A DNA stretch of 63,853 nucleotides, counting the filler, from Reticulomyxa filosa (lineage: Eukaryota; Protista; Foraminifera): the NCBI GenBank assembly GCA_000512085.1. It is 13 parts of 13 records of this genome, joined end to end, with 100 filler letters (N's around TTAATTAATTAA, not from the genome) between each part and the next. Parts side by side here need not be neighbours in the genome. Positions count along the whole stretch, not along the records: positions 62,270 to 63,853 come from ASPP01003443.1; 12 more parts are not named here. One strand, 5' to 3'. The position numbers and the translations under genes are program-made. This document shows positions 63,826 to 63,853 of this stretch, piece after piece. The notes beneath the pieces were generated by a model. It did not search any database and was not told where the DNA came from. It saw only the letters and a list, made by a program, of their open reading frames with translations. Numbering within the stretch: the first letter of the stretch is position 1; every line of letters starts with the position of its first letter.

Positions 63826-63853
63826 TGAGAGTTCTCTTAAAAAAAAAAAAAAA

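Overview
AT-rich, intron-containing eukaryotic DNA, not a continuous locus. It consists of 13 short contigs joined by 12 artificial 100-nt spacers (N44-TTAATTAATTAA-N44, stops in all six frames). The intron style (poly-A/T tracts, ACAC/ATAT runs) and the expanded WD40, Kelch-WD40 and caspase-like families suggest a rhizarian foraminiferan such as Reticulomyxa; this is an inference. Recognisable genes: pepsin-family aspartic protease, inositol polyphosphate kinase, C2H2 zinc-finger proteins, RRM protein, SMAP-like ArfGAP, GT92 glycosyltransferase, several WD40 genes and pseudogenes, a Golgi-type sulfotransferase, a SPRY protein, ALKBH2, a 2H cyclic phosphodiesterase, a delta-12/omega-type desaturase, dynein light intermediate chain, a Cys-less pentameric ligand-gated channel and a PIP kinase. 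Tc1-type transposons are also present, one nested in another. Most notable observations: (1) the PIP kinase carries the LR(x)9GI linker motif of GPCR-PIPK fusions; (2) ALKBH2 is head-to-head with a 2H phosphodiesterase that has CCCH-like fingers; (3) a probable CudA/STAT-like DNA-binding domain fused to C2H2 fingers across a contig break; (4) GC-AG introns; (5) a tandem orphan zinc-finger/coiled-coil gene pair abutting a truncated caspase-like gene. Exon structures were inferred by eye and no searches were run.
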